Assembly: GCA_964199315.1 (NCBI GenBank) | Contig: OZ116706.1 | Location: forward strand, 24,614,001-24,678,000 | DNA from: Orbicella franksi | Taxonomy: Eukaryota | Length of the DNA stretch: 64,000 nucleotides | Direction: 5' to 3' | The notes under the pieces: generated by a model | What the model saw: the letters and a program-made list of their open reading frames with translations, nothing else | Told to the model about the DNA's origin: nothing | The model's database searches: none | Program-made: the position numbers and the translations under genes | In this document: positions 62,701-64,000 of the stretch, piece after piece | How the letters are laid out: every line of letters begins with the position of its first letter | Position numbering within the stretch: the first letter of the stretch is position 1

Positions 62701-63170
62701 AGTCTCACTGCAACATCATACCCAAGCTCAAATTCACTAATCTCTCTTCCAGCATCTCTCCCAATGTATATGTTGAAATCTACTGTTTACCCATTAGCAT
62801 TGTCAGGAAGTACCCATAGTTTTATCCCCCACTTGGTGGGTTTATCCTTATGTAGGTGTATCCTTATGTATTGTTGTATCCCTGACCTGTGGCATGACTT
62901 CACCATCCTTTCATCTACTGCAACTTGCTTTGCAGGCAGGTACAAGGTAACACATCTAGATTTGAACTGATTAATAAAGGATGCTACTTTGCATAATTTT
63001 TCACCTGCAGCTTCAGTGGTAGGATCAACAACATGTAACAGGGCTATCAGAGCCAAAAAACGTTGTCTAGTCAAAATGGTTCTGGCCAGTACTTATCCAC
63101 ACTCATACCTACCTTCACCAGACCAAACTAAATCAAAATGGCAATCAAATGGTAGATTTCATCTGCTGTA
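59735..63170 (-). mobile_element. piggyBac (PGBD4-like) transposase pseudogene, 5'-truncated, with an insertion of about 1.2 kb at roughly 61450-62620
   Basis: VAVDERMV, KPTKWGIKLWVL, LFVDNFY and YMTAVDRSDQ motifs plus a C-terminal Cys-rich domain (ECVV...FCSAPQC...NCF). Candidate terminus TTAA-CCCTTCTCC at 59731-59743. Confidence 0.8.
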
Positions 63171-63649
63171 GTGTGTAACAGTTATACGTCGAAGGGGCGT
63201 ATTTTACGGAGACAAAGACCCAAAACTTGAAGTTGATGAAAGTGTTTATTTCTTGACAATGAGGAAAGGTTCAGTGATACTCGTAAACTGAAAACAACGA
63301 TTACAAAATACAACTAAATATAAAGCTAAAGAGACTAGAGGTAAAAGGGCAATGAAACAAACTACTCAGTGGATATTTGGGGGGCGGAACCCCACTTAGC
63401 ATAATGATAACTCGACATCAAAACAATAATGTTCTGCACATGAAAAGGTCCCAAACAAAGATGAAAATACGCATAAACAATATAAATCCATACAATGCAT
63501 ATGATACTTCGAAATGAACTGAAATAATCACATTTGTGGCACTAAGAAACAGACCACTTATCTGCATGTGCACGAGGGAAAACGATAACAATTAACTTGA
63601 GCTAGAATAGAATCGTGCAACGTACTAAATCGATAGGAAATACATTTAA

Positions 63650-64000
63650 CCCTTTGGTGACACCCCCTAAAAATGGCCATTTTTGACATGTTTTGGTAAA
63701 AAATGACCAGCTCATGTTGTATTCAACCAATTTTGTTATGCTATATGTCATTTTAAAGCTAAATAAATGGACATCAAGACTATGTTGTCAGTTTCTTTGA
63801 ATCTCTTTTAATTAATTAATTCAGGCCAATTTATGCTAATTAAAATGTCACGCAATACACATTTTTTAGGAGAAAATTTTTAGTAACATCTCTTTATGTA
63901 TCATTGAAAACTGGACAAAGAAAAGTTGTTTCCCATTAAATACTCTATATTTCCTGAAAATTTGATTGACATTCAGTGAAAATTCACAAGGTTATGCCTC
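63650..64000. mobile_element. Left end of another TTAA-targeting DNA transposon (piggyBac-like), running off the window
   Basis: TTAA (63646-63649) then CCCTTTGGTGACACCCC, followed by AT-rich subterminal-type sequence. No coding evidence in the window. Confidence 0.4.

Overview
Eukaryotic, intron-rich animal DNA. The repeat families suggest an anthozoan cnidarian such as a stony coral, but this is inference and not proven. Bases 1-41.7 kb hold four intact spliced genes that I assembled exon by exon with GT-AG junctions and consistent phase: an SK/KCNN-family K+ channel (+, 5 exons, 668 aa), cereblon CRBN (-, 12 exons, 464 aa), DNAJB9/ERdj4 (+, 3 exons, 225 aa) and WDR82 (-, 9 exons, 324 aa). 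CRBN and DNAJB9 are head-to-head with start codons 240 bp apart. Introns and intergenic DNA carry SINEs, L2 tails and MITEs. From about 42.2 kb to the end there is no recognisable host gene, only decayed and partly nested transposon remnants: Tc1, two Kolobok-type elements, Harbinger, hAT, two or three piggyBac pieces, a spliced PIF1-helicase remnant and a 59-bp minisatellite. I see no CRISPR array, rRNA or genuine tRNA gene, and no clear new multi-gene system. The best leads are a covarying subterminal inverted repeat in the two Kolobok elements, an SK channel with a GFG filter and an IQ-type calmodulin site, the shared CRBN/DNAJB9 promoter with UPR-like motifs, and a short uORF just before WDR82. 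Human comparisons are from memory and should be verified.
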